Positions 1 to 14,695 of a stretch of DNA of 64,000 bases are shown here, in pieces. A model generated the notes under the pieces. That model was not told where the DNA came from. It worked only from the letters and a program-made list of their open reading frames with translations, and did no database searches. Position 1 is the first letter of the stretch. Each line of letters starts with the position of its first letter. Source of the stretch: Escherichia coli (GTDB taxonomy: Bacteria > Pseudomonadota > Gammaproteobacteria > Enterobacterales > Enterobacteriaceae); NCBI RefSeq assembly GCF_003018255.1, contig NZ_CP027440.1. The stretch is one strand, 5' to 3'. The position numbers and the translations under genes are program-made.

Positions 1-1353
<1,353 letters not shown>

Positions 1354-1390
1354 ATAGCGCAATATTTCATCGTTGGTGCAAAAATGTAAC

Positions 1391-1413
1391 GCACTGTGCA
1401 CTGTCATAGTGCG
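1391..1413 (+). promoter_or_regulatory. Possible NtrC enhancer-like palindrome (GCACTGTGCACTGTCATAGTGCG) upstream of glnK
   Basis: TGCAC/GTGCA half-sites about 60 bp upstream of the sigma54 promoter, where NtrC sites of glnK-amtB are expected. Confidence 0.35.
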
Positions 1414-1465
1414 TTTTTGTTTTCAATCTTCTTAACTTCCTGCTCTCCTTCTCGTTTTTCATTTC

Positions 1466-1481
1466 TGGCACACCGCTTGCA
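1466..1481 (+). promoter_or_regulatory. Sigma54 (-24/-12) promoter TGGCAC-N5-TTGCA of glnK-amtB
   Basis: Exact TGGCACaccgcTTGCA consensus about 50 bp upstream of the glnK ATG. Confidence 0.75.
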
Positions 1482-1533
1482 ATACCTTCTTCGTGTAGCA
1501 GAACCATTACCGAATTCTGACCGGAGGGGATCT

Positions 1534-1872
1534 ATGAAGCTGGTGACCGTGATAATCAAACCATTCAAGCTGGAAGACGTTCGTGAAGCGTTATCTTCCA
1601 TTGGTATTCAGGGCCTGACCGTCACCGAAGTGAAAGGTTTCGGGCGTCAGAAAGGGCATGCCGAGCTGTACCGGGGAGCGGAATACAGCGTCAACTTTCT
1701 GCCAAAAGTAAAAATTGATGTGGCGATTGCTGATGACCAACTCGATGAAGTGATCGATATCGTCAGTAAGGCGGCTTACACCGGAAAAATTGGCGACGGC
1801 AAAATCTTTGTCGCTGAATTGCAACGCGTCATTCGTATTCGTACCGGCGAAGCCGACGAAGCGGCGCTGTAA
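1534..1872 (+). CDS. glnK: Nitrogen regulatory protein PII-2 (GlnK), 112 aa
   Basis: Internal Met of ORF 1396..1872; MKLVTVIIKPFKLEDVREAL... is the PII family N-terminus; RBS GGAGGGGA 6 nt upstream. Confidence 0.95.
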   Translation: MKLVTVIIKPFKLEDVREALSSIGIQGLTVTEVKGFGRQKGHAELYRGAEYSVNFLPKVKIDVAIADDQLDEVIDIVSKAAYTGKIGDGKIFVAELQRVIRIRTGEADEAAL

Positions 1873-1901
1873 TCTCTGGCACACAGCAACAGGAACGAAA
1901 A

Positions 1902-3188
1902 ATGAAGATAGCGACGATAAAAACTGGGCTTGCTTCACTGGCGATGCTGCCGGGACTGGTAATGGCTGCACCTGCGGTGGCCGATAAAGCCGACAATGCG
2001 TTTATGATGATCTGTACTGCGCTGGTGCTGTTTATGACTATTCCGGGGATTGCCCTGTTTTACGGTGGGTTGATTCGCGGCAAAAACGTGCTGTCGATGC
2101 TGACGCAGGTGACGGTGACGTTTGCACTGGTCTGTATTCTCTGGGTGGTTTACGGTTACTCGCTGGCGTTTGGTGAGGGCAACAACTTCTTCGGCAACAT
2201 TAACTGGCTGATGCTGAAAAACATCGAACTGACGGCGGTGATGGGCAGCATTTATCAGTATATCCACGTAGCGTTTCAGGGATCGTTTGCCTGCATTACC
2301 GTAGGCTTGATAGTTGGGGCGCTGGCGGAACGAATCCGCTTCTCAGCTGTGTTGATTTTCGTGGTGGTATGGCTGACGCTCTCCTACATTCCGATTGCGC
2401 ATATGGTGTGGGGCGGTGGTTTGCTGGCTTCTCACGGTGCGCTGGATTTCGCGGGTGGCACGGTGGTGCACATTAACGCCGCAATCGCCGGTCTGGTGGG
2501 CGCATATCTGATAGGCAAACGCGTGGGCTTCGGTAAAGAGGCGTTTAAACCGCACAACCTGCCGATGGTCTTCACCGGGACTGCCATTCTCTATATCGGT
2601 TGGTTTGGCTTTAACGCCGGGTCAGCGGGCACGGCGAATGAAATCGCGGCACTGGCATTTGTGAATACTGTGGTCGCAACGGCGGCGGCAATTCTTGGCT
2701 GGATCTTCGGTGAATGGGCGCTGCGCGGAAAGCCTTCACTGCTGGGAGCGTGTTCTGGTGCGATTGCCGGTCTGGTCGGCGTGACGCCAGCGTGTGGCTA
2801 CATTGGTGTTGGCGGCGCGTTGATTATCGGCGTGGTAGCTGGTCTGGCGGGCTTGTGGGGCGTTACCATGCTCAAACGCTTGCTGCGGGTGGATGATCCC
2901 TGCGATGTCTTCGGTGTGCACGGCGTTTGTGGCATTGTCGGCTGTATCATGACCGGGATTTTTGCCGCCAGCTCGCTGGGCGGCGTGGGCTTCGCTGACG
3001 GTGTGACGATGGGCCATCAGTTGCTGGTACAGCTGGAAAGCATCGCCATTACGATCGTCTGGTCCGGTGTGGTGGCGTTTATTGGCTACAAACTGGCAGA
3101 TCTGACGGTTGGCCTGCGTGTGCCGGAAGAACAGGAGCGAGAAGGGCTGGATGTCAACAGCCATGGCGAGAATGCATATAACGCGTAA
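1902..3188 (+). CDS. amtB: Ammonium transporter AmtB (428 aa)
   Basis: Full-length ORF, signal peptide plus 11 TM Amt family sequence, immediately downstream of glnK. Confidence 0.95.
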   Translation: MKIATIKTGLASLAMLPGLVMAAPAVADKADNAFMMICTALVLFMTIPGIALFYGGLIRGKNVLSMLTQVTVTFALVCILWVVYGYSLAFGEGNNFFGNINWLMLKNIELTAVMGSIYQYIHVAFQGSFACITVGLIVGALAERIRFSAVLIFVVVWLTLSYIPIAHMVWGGGLLASHGALDFAGGTVVHINAAIAGLVGAYLIGKRVGFGKEAFKPHNLPMVFTGTAILYIGWFGFNAGSAGTANEIAALAFVNTVVATAAAILGWIFGEWALRGKPSLLGACSGAIAGLVGVTPACGYIGVGGALIIGVVAGLAGLWGVTMLKRLLRVDDPCDVFGVHGVCGIVGCIMTGIFAASSLGGVGFADGVTMGHQLLVQLESIAITIVWSGVVAFIGYKLADLTVGLRVPEEQEREGLDVNSHGENAYNA

Positions 3189-3199
3189 CAAGCACTGCA

Positions 3200-3240
3200 A
3201 AAAAACAGCCGGACGGTTTTCACCTCCGGCTATTTTTTTA
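3200..3240. terminator. Bidirectional rho-independent terminator between amtB and tesB
   Basis: A-tract, hairpin AGCCGGAcggttttcacCTCCGGCT, then T-tract (tattttttt). Confidence 0.7.
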
Positions 3241-4098
3241 ATTATGATTACGCATTACCCCTTCCTGAACGGTCGAGGCAACCAGCACGCCATCCTGGGT
3301 ATAAAACTCACCGCGCACAAAGCCGCGAGCGCTGGACGCCGAGGTGCTCTCCACGCTATACAGCAGCCATTCATTCAAATTAAACGGGCGATGGAACCAC
3401 ATGGAATGGTCAATGGTGGCAATCTGAATCCCCGGTTCGAGAAAACCGATGCCGTGCGGCTGTAAAGCTACCGGCAGGAAATTAAGATCAGAAGCGTAAC
3501 CGAGCAGATACTGATGAACGCGCAGATCATCCGGCACGTTACCATTTGCGCGGATCCACACCTGACGATGCGGTTCTGCGACGTGCCCTTTCAGTGGGTT
3601 ATGAAACTCCACCGGACGGACTTCAAGCGGACGATCGCAGATGAATTTATCTTTCAGCACTGGCGGCAGCAGGTGCGCCAGCGATTGGGCGATTTGCGTT
3701 TCCGAAGGCAGGCCATCAGGCGCTGGCGCGGACGGCATTGTTTTTTGATGTTCGAAACCCGCTTCTGGTGCCTGGAAAGAGGCAGTCATATAAAAAATCG
3801 GTTTGCCGTTTTGAATAGCAGCAACCCGGCGGGCGCTGAAGCTGTTACCGTCACGCAGCGTTTCGACATCATAAATAATCGGCTTCTTACTATCGCCTGG
3901 GCGAAGAAAGTAGCTGTGAAACGAATGTACCAGCCGCTCTTCAGGGACGGTCTCTTTTGCAGCATACAAGGCCTGACCCACGACCTGGCCGCCAAACACC
4001 TGGCGTAAACCTAAATCTTCACTCTGGCCGCGAAAGAGTCCTTCCTCAATTTTTTCCAGATTTAACAATGTCAGTAAATTTTTTAGCGCCTGACTCAT
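3238..4098 (-). CDS. tesB: Acyl-CoA thioesterase II (TesB), 286 aa
   Basis: Internal Met of ORF 3238..4182 ([30 protein letters not shown]...) matches the TesB N-terminus. Confidence 0.92.
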   Translation of the reverse strand: MSQALKNLLTLLNLEKIEEGLFRGQSEDLGLRQVFGGQVVGQALYAAKETVPEERLVHSFHSYFLRPGDSKKPIIYDVETLRDGNSFSARRVAAIQNGKPIFYMTASFQAPEAGFEHQKTMPSAPAPDGLPSETQIAQSLAHLLPPVLKDKFICDRPLEVRPVEFHNPLKGHVAEPHRQVWIRANGNVPDDLRVHQYLLGYASDLNFLPVALQPHGIGFLEPGIQIATIDHSMWFHRPFNLNEWLLYSVESTSASSARGFVRGEFYTQDGVLVASTVQEGVMRNHN

Positions 4099-4315
4099 AT
4101 AACTCTCCAGTAACAAAGCTGCCGCAGCAAGCCAAAGTGAGTTGAGTATAACGCAAATTTGCCACTGGTCCGATGGGTGCAATGGTCTGAATTACGGGCT
4201 AATTACAGGCAGAAATGCGTGATGTGTGCCACACTTGTTGACGTTACTATTTTGTTAACCACTCTTCCGGCGAGGAAAGTTAGCCCGCTGGTGCATTGAT
4301 AATAAGGAGAAGTGA

Positions 4316-4885
4316 ATGAAACTCGTGCACATGGCCAGTGGTTTAGCGGTTGCGATTGCGTTGGCGGCTTGCGCAGATAAAAGCGCGGATATTCAGACGC
4401 CAGCACCGGCTGCAAATACGTCTATTTCAGCAACACAACCTGCTATCCAGCAACCGAATGTCTCCGGTACCGTCTGGATCCGTCAGAAAGTCGCACTGCC
4501 GCCTGATGCTGTGCTGACCGTGACACTTTCTGACGCGTCGTTAGCCGATGCGCCGTCAAAAGTGCTGGCGCAGAAAGCGGTGCGTACCGAAGGTAAACAG
4601 TCACCATTCAGCTTTGTTCTGCCATTTAACCCGGCAGATGTTCAGCCGAACGCGCGTATTCTATTGAGTGCGGCGATTACCGTGAATGACAAACTGGTAT
4701 TTATTACCGATACCGTTCAGCCGGTGATCAATCAGGGCGGAACTAAAGCCGACCTGACATTGGTGCCGGTGCAGCAAACCGCCGTGCCGGTTCAGGCCAG
4801 CGGTGGCGCAACGGCTACCGTACCTTCGACTTCACCAACTCAGGTGAATCCGTCTTCGGCAGTTCCAGCTCCTACGCAATATTAA
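4316..4885 (+). CDS. ybaY: Lipoprotein YbaY
   Basis: Lipobox LAAC after the signal peptide; Pro/Ala-rich; conserved position between tesB and atl. Confidence 0.85.
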   Translation: MKLVHMASGLAVAIALAACADKSADIQTPAPAANTSISATQPAIQQPNVSGTVWIRQKVALPPDAVLTVTLSDASLADAPSKVLAQKAVRTEGKQSPFSFVLPFNPADVQPNARILLSAAITVNDKLVFITDTVQPVINQGGTKADLTLVPVQQTAVPVQASGGATATVPSTSPTQVNPSSAVPAPTQY

Positions 4886-4887
4886 GC

Positions 4888-4915
4888 GCAGTTAACCCTC
4901 TCCGCCCGGAGAGGG
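4888..4915. terminator. Hairpin terminator (AACCCTCTCCgcccgGAGAGGGTT) between ybaY and atl
   Basis: Perfect 10-bp stem directly after the ybaY stop. Confidence 0.6.
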
Positions 4916-5305
4916 TTAGTAGTTCCAGCGATAACGCTGCAAGTCGATTTGCCCGCTTCCCGATACCATCACACCTTCTGCCAGTAATGCCTGTCGTTGA
5001 CGCTGTAAATCCGGTCCGGTTAGCGAAATTGTGCCGTGGCGATTAACCACCCGGTGCCAGGGCAAGGTGCTGCCTTCGGGGAGACGCTTTAACACACCGC
5101 CTACCTGGCGCGCGGCGCGCGGCGATCCCGCCAGTTTCGCCACATCACCGTAAGTGGTGACATAGCCTTCGGGAATAGCGGCGACGATTTGCCAGACGCG
5201 TTGGGGAAATGAATCTTCTTTTTCCATCTTTTCTTCCTGAGGTAATTTTTCAGCATAATCTGGAAAAACGCCCGAGTGAAGCCGCATTGCGCAAGAAACC
5301 AGCAT
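4916..5305 (-). CDS. atl: DNA base-flipping alkyltransferase-like protein Atl (YbaZ), 129 aa
   Basis: Internal Met of ORF 4916..5326 (MLVSCAMRLHSGVF...); Ogt-like HTH domain (TYGDVAKLAGSPRAARQVGGV) but no active-site PCHR cysteine. Confidence 0.88.
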   Translation of the reverse strand: MLVSCAMRLHSGVFPDYAEKLPQEEKMEKEDSFPQRVWQIVAAIPEGYVTTYGDVAKLAGSPRAARQVGGVLKRLPEGSTLPWHRVVNRHGTISLTGPDLQRQRQALLAEGVMVSGSGQIDLQRYRWNY

Positions 5306-5381
5306 CTGGCACGCAATGGGTTGCAATTAGCCGGGGCAGCAGTGATAATGCGCCTGCGCGTTGGTTCTCAACGCTCTCAAT

Positions 5382-5495
5382 GGGGGCTCTGTTGGTTCTC
5401 CCGCAACGCTACTCTGTTTACCAGGTCAGGTCCGGAAGGAAGCAGCCAAGGCAGATGACGCGTGTGCCGGGATGTAGCTGGCAGGGCCCCCACCC
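5382..5495 (+). ncRNA. ffs: 4.5S RNA (signal recognition particle RNA), 114 nt
   Basis: GGGGGCTCTGTTGGTTCTCCCGCAACGCTACTCTGTTTACCAGGTCAGGTCCGGAAGGAAGCAGCCAAGGCAGATGACGCGTGTGCCGGGATGTAGCTGGCAGGGCCCCCACCC matches E. coli 4.5S RNA, including the GGAA tetraloop of domain IV. Confidence 0.95.
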
Positions 5496-5605
5496 ATTTC
5501 TGCCTCCCCCCGTTTCGTCAAAAAATCCCAACATGGCTAAACTTTAACCACAACTGACGTCGCAAGAATTGTCTGGCTGCGCAGTACGCTTCGGAGGTAT
5601 GTCTG

Positions 5606-5959
5606 ATGAAGTATGTTGATGGTTTTGTTGTTGCCGTTCCTGCCGATAAAAAGGATGCCTATCGGGAAATGGCCGCTAAGGCCGCGCCATTATTTAAAGA
5701 GTTCGGTGCGCTTCGTATTGTCGAATGCTGGGCCAGCGATGTACCGGATGGTAAAGTGACCGATTTTCGTATGGCGGTGAAAGCGGAAGAGAATGAAGAG
5801 GTTGTCTTTAGCTGGATTGAATACCCTTCAAAAGAGGTCCGCGACGCTGCTAATCAAAAGATGATGTCGGACCCACGGATGAAAGAGTTCGGCGAGTCCA
5901 TGCCGTTTGACGGCAAGCGAATGATCTATGGTGGATTCGAATCAATCATCGACGAGTAG
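5606..5959 (+). CDS. ybaA: DUF1428 family protein YbaA (117 aa)
   Basis: Full ORF with a strong RBS (GGAGGT); sequence matches YbaA. Confidence 0.9.
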   Translation: MKYVDGFVVAVPADKKDAYREMAAKAAPLFKEFGALRIVECWASDVPDGKVTDFRMAVKAEENEEVVFSWIEYPSKEVRDAANQKMMSDPRMKEFGESMPFDGKRMIYGGFESIIDE

Positions 5960-6000
5960 GTAGCGTGACGGGCTGTGCGGCGTGCCGTCAGCCCTAAAAT

Positions 6001-7557
6001 TCACAAATGTTGCTCGGCCCAGCGTAAGAAATCCTCTTTCGGTAATGCCTTGCTGTAGAGCCAGCCCTGACCGTAGTGCACGCCATGCTGGCGTAACCAC
6101 TCTTCTTGTTTACTGGTTTCGATTCCCTCCGCTACCATTTTCAGTTTCAGTGTTTTTGCCATTTCGATGATATGCGGCGTGACATTTTTATATTCCAGCG
6201 CATCAACGAAAGATTTATCGATCTTCAGAATGTCGACATCCAGATCCTGTAAATAACTTAAACTTGAATACCCCGTACCAAAATCATCGAGATAAATTTC
6301 ATGGCCCGCCTCCCGGTAGCGAGAAATTATCGGGGCGCTGGTTTTCGGATCGGCAAACTCGCGTTCAGTGAGTTCAAGCGCGATCTGTCTGGGATTAACC
6401 TGATAGTGATTGATCATTTCACGCAGCAATTGCGGGATTTTTTCCGAGGTGAGCACGGTGGATTCAAGATTGATCGAAATATGCTGCTGCGGATGCTGAC
6501 GCAGCCAGTCGCCCATATCTTCGAAGACGCTTCTTATGATCAGTAGCGTCAACGGCTCAGAAAGGCCCGTTTGCTGTGCCAGCGGAATAAAACTATCTGG
6601 TGACAACCAACTACCGTCTGTCTGCGGCCAGCGCGCCAGTGCCTCAGCACCGACAATTTTGCCATTGGCTAAGGAGACAATCGGCTGATAGTGCACGCAA
6701 ATATCACGATTTTCGATAGCATCCTGCAGCCGATGATGCGGTGACTGGATACGGCGCAAAATACGCAGCACAAACATCGCTGCCAGCAGGCCAATCACCA
6801 ACCCGAGCGGTAACCAAATAAAGACTTGCCGATGCCAGCCTTTCTGCAACATTTTCGTTGAAGACCAGGTGATGATCGAAATATTCATTTCCGGGAAGGG
6901 CAGGATATCGTAAATGATTCCATTATTTTCGATATGCTCACCGGGTGTTTTTTGTAGTCTGGTAATAATTCCCTGAGCAATTTCATCGCTGCTGGTTATC
7001 ACAACGTTATGGGCATTGCCAATAATGGCGGCATCAATTTGCCATGAGCTATAGGGAATGACATCAATAAAGGAAGCGGGGTCGATCATGACGACATAAT
7101 GTGCCGTTCCCATGGCAACCATGTAACGGATAATGCCTAAATCGTTATGCGATGTTAACCAGACACGATAACCATCTTTCGAAATTTTACCTGGCTCGGG
7201 GAAGGTATCGGGCGGGCTTTCATGCTCCAGAGACGAACACTGGGGAACGTTGTTATCGATATAAACCACTTCCTGAATATAGCGATAACTGTAAGATACC
7301 CGACGCATTTCCATGAGATGGGCTTCGCTACAGGCAGCGCCTTGCCATCTTTCCAGCTCTTGCAGCGCATCTTTCCCTTGTGTCGCCACCTTATTGGCCC
7401 GAATAGCGACGCGGGAGGAATACGTATTCAGCTCTTCAATAAATGATGTTTCTACCTGCTGATGGGCCAGCCAGATGCTTAAGCCGACAGGCAGCAATAC
7501 TGAAAGAATCAGTACTCCCGAAATAAGGCCGACCAGATGTCGTGTTCTCACCAGCAT
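6001..7557 (-). CDS. pdeB: c-di-GMP phosphodiesterase PdeB (YlaB), CSS-motif sensor plus EAL domain
   Basis: N-terminal TM, periplasmic CSS domain, second TM, then EAL domain (motifs EALAR, DDFGTGYSSL). The annotated start may be the GTG two codons inside the ORF. Confidence 0.9.
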   Translation of the reverse strand: MLVRTRHLVGLISGVLILSVLLPVGLSIWLAHQQVETSFIEELNTYSSRVAIRANKVATQGKDALQELERWQGAACSEAHLMEMRRVSYSYRYIQEVVYIDNNVPQCSSLEHESPPDTFPEPGKISKDGYRVWLTSHNDLGIIRYMVAMGTAHYVVMIDPASFIDVIPYSSWQIDAAIIGNAHNVVITSSDEIAQGIITRLQKTPGEHIENNGIIYDILPFPEMNISIITWSSTKMLQKGWHRQVFIWLPLGLVIGLLAAMFVLRILRRIQSPHHRLQDAIENRDICVHYQPIVSLANGKIVGAEALARWPQTDGSWLSPDSFIPLAQQTGLSEPLTLLIIRSVFEDMGDWLRQHPQQHISINLESTVLTSEKIPQLLREMINHYQVNPRQIALELTEREFADPKTSAPIISRYREAGHEIYLDDFGTGYSSLSYLQDLDVDILKIDKSFVDALEYKNVTPHIIEMAKTLKLKMVAEGIETSKQEEWLRQHGVHYGQGWLYSKALPKEDFLRWAEQHL

Positions 7558-7714
7558 ATCCTTATTAACACAGTGTAGGGAAAGTATATCTGATTGTGGA
7601 AAAAGGCTGGCAGGAGATAAGGAGGTAGAGCCGGGATTTCATGAAGGGATGGGTGGAAACGAACGTTGTCATTTGACCAGGCGCAGAGCTTTACGCCTGG
7701 TATGTAACCCTAAC

Positions 7715-8185
7715 TTAAGATGTTGATTCGGCGCGAGCGAGGGTAAAAATATCGTAAAAAGATAGTTCACCTTTACGGACGATCATTTTTTGCAGTTGTT
7801 CTTTATGAACATCCGCGACACGCGGAGAGTTCAGGATGGCTTCAACTAGCGCGGCAGGTACAAAGCGCGTGTTGTACCATTCGCCGTTATAGCAAACGCG
7901 GAAATCCAGCACGTCGATATCTTCATAGCGGTAGCGTGGGTAGACATCGAAAAAGAAGAAACCATTAAGCAGGATAAATAATACAACCAGTAGCCAGACA
8001 GAGCCTGAAAGCGTTTCGGACTGCAACATCACTGCCAGGGTGGCAAAAAAAGCAACGTACATACCGATAAACAACCCCGGATGTTTACGGATAAAACTGA
8101 TACTAAAGCGGGGTTTGTTGTCGCGTTTTTCGCGGGTATTTAGAGACTCAATTGTTTCGGTCAGCAGGCGTTGTATTTCGGTCAT
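7715..8185 (-). CDS. ylaC: Inner membrane protein YlaC (156 aa)
   Basis: Internal Met of ORF 7715..8224 ([27 protein letters not shown]...). Confidence 0.85.
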
Positions 8186-8300
8186 CGTTTGCCTTCGTGG
8201 TATCTGCAACTTTCCAGGGAACACCCTATTTTAACGTGGGAATAGTAGAGGGAAAGTAACAGATTTACCACAATTTTGCATAACAGTTGCGAAAAACCGA

Positions 8301-8852
8301 TTACAATTTTTTAATTATTCTGGCTGGATTACCGCCCACGACAACGTTGTCCGGGACATCTTTTGTGACAACTGCACCTGAGGCTACCACGACGTTATCA
8401 CCAATGGTCACACCAGGGTTAATGACCGCACGTCCGCCAATCCAGACGTTATTACCGATGGTGACGGGTTTCCCCAGTTCAGCACCGCTATTACGTGCTA
8501 CAGGGTCGATGGGATGTGTTGCCGTGTAGATATGAACGCCTGGTGCCAACATACAGTTATCACCAATGCGAATAGGGCAGACATCAAGCATCACGCAATC
8601 GAAGTTGGCGAAAAAATTATTGCCGAGAAAAATGTTATAACCATAGTCACAGCGAAACGTTGGCTCAATATAAGCCTCTGTCACCTGACCGAATAAATCA
8701 GCAAGAATTTGCTGGCGTAATGTGTGCTCTTCCGCCAGGGAATGATTGTATCGGTGAATAAGCCGACGAGCGCGCAGGCGATCGCGAGATAACGCCTCAT
8801 CTGCCGAGTGATACAACTCACCAGCAATCATCTTTTCTTTTTCTGTGCTCAT
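8301..8852 (-). CDS. maa: Maltose O-acetyltransferase (hexapeptide-repeat acetyltransferase), 183 aa
   Basis: Left-handed beta-helix hexapeptide repeats; [20 protein letters not shown]-terminus. Confidence 0.92.
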   Translation of the reverse strand: MSTEKEKMIAGELYHSADEALSRDRLRARRLIHRYNHSLAEEHTLRQQILADLFGQVTEAYIEPTFRCDYGYNIFLGNNFFANFDCVMLDVCPIRIGDNCMLAPGVHIYTATHPIDPVARNSGAELGKPVTIGNNVWIGGRAVINPGVTIGDNVVVASGAVVTKDVPDNVVVGGNPARIIKKL

Positions 8853-9024
8853 TACTGACCTCCGGTTGCTGAAAATGCGGCAACACAGTAAGACGAAAAG
8901 TCAGTGAAGAGAACGTTCCCATTACATCTGTGTGATGAAGATCACATAGGGTATGCCTTCATGGCGAAAGAATTATAAAACTCTTAATAAACAGCCGGTT
9001 ATAGCTCCGAAAGCGAGTTATTTA

Positions 9025-9243
9025 TTAGCGAATAAATTTCCATACTGAGGAAGGGATCTTGTCGTACAGTTTATTCATGGTCAATTCGGCGAGGCGGTGA
9101 TCTGCGGCTGAGTAAAATACCGCCAGTTCATTATCTGATAATTCGTATTTATTTTTCTCGATAACACGCTCCAGCGTGTCAATTGTCTGGCAACGACGTA
9201 AACGCATTAAATAATCGGTTTTTGTTAAAGGTTTTTCGGACAT
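9025..9243 (-). CDS. hha: Haemolysin expression modulator Hha (72 aa)
   Basis: Internal Met of ORF 9025..9489: [72 protein letters not shown]. Confidence 0.95.
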
Positions 9244-9268
9244 ACTTCTACCCATGGTTGTAATAATT

Positions 9269-9643
9269 CTAACAAGATAAACTCGCAGGATTCTCTTTCG
9301 TCGCATTGACAAAACAACGGAATAGTCGATTACCTGACTTCCGCCATTTCTGAAGATCCTGCATATTAATACCATAACTACTGAACAACATAAAGGTGTC
9401 ATCCAGATATTCGTCGATCTGCTCAATGAGCTTATTGTCTTCATTATACTTAATTTTGTAATTAAGTGCGAAGGTCGCAATATGCTCAATCAGTTCATTC
9501 AACTGGAGGTTGATCGCCGAGGTTGGGTCGTTAACCCAGCCATGATTGCTTTCTTCAAGGTTTGCAAGACAGTCATGATACAGGGTTTCACAGAGAAACT
9601 TAAGCTGCGCGATATCATGTCTTTTGGGTGAGTATTCATCCAT
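9269..9643 (-). CDS. tomB: Hha toxicity modulator TomB (YbaJ), 124 aa
   Basis: Full [27 protein letters not shown]..., immediately upstream of hha on the same strand. Confidence 0.93.
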
Positions 9644-10144
9644 AACGCGTCCCCTTCTTAGCGGTTGAACTAACGGACACCTTTCGGGATGGAAAAAACT
9701 TACTGACCTGGACTTGCCCTCTCGTTTGTTAGCTTAACTATAAGCCACTCTTTGCAGGTTTTCATCGCATTATTACGAAAAATTACAATTAGGAAGGAAG
9801 CGGGACAGGACTCACTTTTTCATACTAGCACTAACCCGCAGCAGGTAAAAGCAGTTTGCTCGAACTGTTCATAACATTTCAGGATTATCGCCAGATGAAA
9901 TTGGTAACACTAATACCAGGATTGCTCTGAATATGACGTAATAACCGAGGAATGAATAAAGAATTACCGTAAATAATTAAGAATAGCCTCTAAATGATTA
10001 TGGATTATTAAATCTATTAGCGCTACTTAATATAAATTAACTAACAATCAGTATTTTTTATGAATTTTATACGTGTTTAATACTGGTTTTCGTATGAGAT
10101 CCTGAGTTGGTGGTTCAATGACTCCTTAATGTTCGTCGGTTATG

Positions 10145-10170
10145 CATAAAAAAGGCCGCTTGCGCGGCCT
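10145..10170 (-). terminator. Rho-independent terminator of acrAB (GGCCGCGCAAGCGGCC + T6)
   Basis: Perfect 6-bp GC stem with 4-nt loop, followed on the minus strand by TTTTTTAT, 20 nt after the acrB stop. Confidence 0.8.
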
Positions 10171-10188
10171 TAGTGATTACACGTTGTA

Positions 10189-13341
<3,153 letters not shown>

Positions 13342-13360
13342 TTAACGGCTCCTGTTTAAG

Positions 13361-14554
13361 TTAAGACTTGGACTGTTCAGGCTGAGCACCGCTTGCGGCT
13401 TGCTGGTTATTATCAGCGGTAACTTCTTGTGCTTTTACCTGGACACCAGGACGCACTTTCTGCAGCCCACTTATTACTACGCGATCGCCTGCTTTCAGAC
13501 CTTCTGTCACCAGCCACTTATCGCCGATAGCCTGGCTTGCAACGATCGGACGGGTTTCCACTTTGTCATCCGCGCCAACCACCAGTACGGTGGCATCGCC
13601 ACGCGGCGTACGGGTTACGCCCTGTTGCGGGACTAAAATAGCGTTTGGATTAAGCCCTTCTTCCAGACGTGCACGTACGAACATACCCGGCAGCAGAGTG
13701 TGATCCGGGTTCGGGAAGATAGCGCGTAGGGTGATAGACCCGGTGGTCTGATCAACGGTAACGTCAGAGAATTCCAGCGTACCGTCCTGCGGGAACTTAA
13801 TGCCGTCACTGGTGATCAGCGACACTTTGGCTTTGCCGTTCTCTTGTTTCAGCGTGCCATTTGCCAGTTCCTGTTTCAGGCGCAGGAAGTCGTTGCTGGA
13901 CTGGGTCACATCAACGTAGATCGGATCAAGTTGCTGCACGGTTGCCAGCGCAGTCGCCTGACCGTTCTGTACCAATGCGCCTTCTGTCACGTTCGACTTA
14001 CCAATGCGACCGCTAATCGGAGAGGTAACTTTGGTGTAAGCCAGATTGATTCGCGCAGTTTCAACGGCAGCTTTCGCCGCAGTTACCGCAGCATTCGCCT
14101 GTTGCGCATCAGCCAGAGCCTGATCGTACTCTTGTTTACTGATGTACTGAGTACCGAGCAGTTTCTGATAACGATTCACCGTCAATTGCGCGATATTTGC
14201 TGCAGCCTGGGCTTTCGCCAGATCACCTTTCGCACTGTCGTATGCCGCCTGATAGGTCGCAGGATCAATCTGATAGAGAGAGACACCTGCTTCGATGTCG
14301 CTACCTTCTTTGAAATTACGCTTCAGGATAATCCCGCTAACTTGAGGACGAACTTCTGCGATCCGGTAGGCACTGGTGCGACCCGGAAGCTCGGTTGTGA
14401 TCTGCAGAGGTTCAGTTTTGACTGTTACTACGCCAACGGCGGGCATCTGCTGGCCACCTTGTTGGGCCTGTTTGTCGTCACATCCTGTTAGGGCTAAGCT
14501 GCCTGAGAGCATCAGAACGACCGCCAGAGGCGTAAACCCTCTGTTTTTGTTCAT
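13361..14554 (-). CDS. acrA: Periplasmic adaptor (membrane fusion) lipoprotein AcrA, 397 aa
   Basis: Internal Met of ORF 13361..14590 (MNKNRGFTPLAVVLMLSGSLALTGC lipobox); 22 nt upstream of acrB. Confidence 0.96.
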   Translation of the reverse strand: MNKNRGFTPLAVVLMLSGSLALTGCDDKQAQQGGQQMPAVGVVTVKTEPLQITTELPGRTSAYRIAEVRPQVSGIILKRNFKEGSDIEAGVSLYQIDPATYQAAYDSAKGDLAKAQAAANIAQLTVNRYQKLLGTQYISKQEYDQALADAQQANAAVTAAKAAVETARINLAYTKVTSPISGRIGKSNVTEGALVQNGQATALATVQQLDPIYVDVTQSSNDFLRLKQELANGTLKQENGKAKVSLITSDGIKFPQDGTLEFSDVTVDQTTGSITLRAIFPNPDHTLLPGMFVRARLEEGLNPNAILVPQQGVTRTPRGDATVLVVGADDKVETRPIVASQAIGDKWLVTEGLKAGDRVVISGLQKVRPGVQVKAQEVTADNNQQAASGAQPEQSKS

Positions 14555-14643
14555 ATGTAAACCTCGAGTGTCCGATTTCAAATTGGTCAATGGTCAAAAG
14601 TTAATAAACCCATTGCTGCGTTTATATTATCGTCGTGCTATGG

Positions 14644-14667
14644 TACATACATTCACAAATGTATGTA
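14644..14667. promoter_or_regulatory. AcrR operator, 24-bp palindrome TACATACATTcacaAATGTATGTA, in the acrR/acrAB divergent promoter region
   Basis: Perfect inverted repeat between acrA (-) and acrR (+), as expected for a TetR-family operator. Confidence 0.8.
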
Positions 14668-14695
14668 AATCTAACGCCTGTAAATTCACGAACAT

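Noticed and set aside
5209-5547. 112-aa and 60-aa ORFs between atl and ybaA
   Set aside because: The region is the ffs 4.5S RNA gene; the ORFs cross a structured RNA and have no coding signal.
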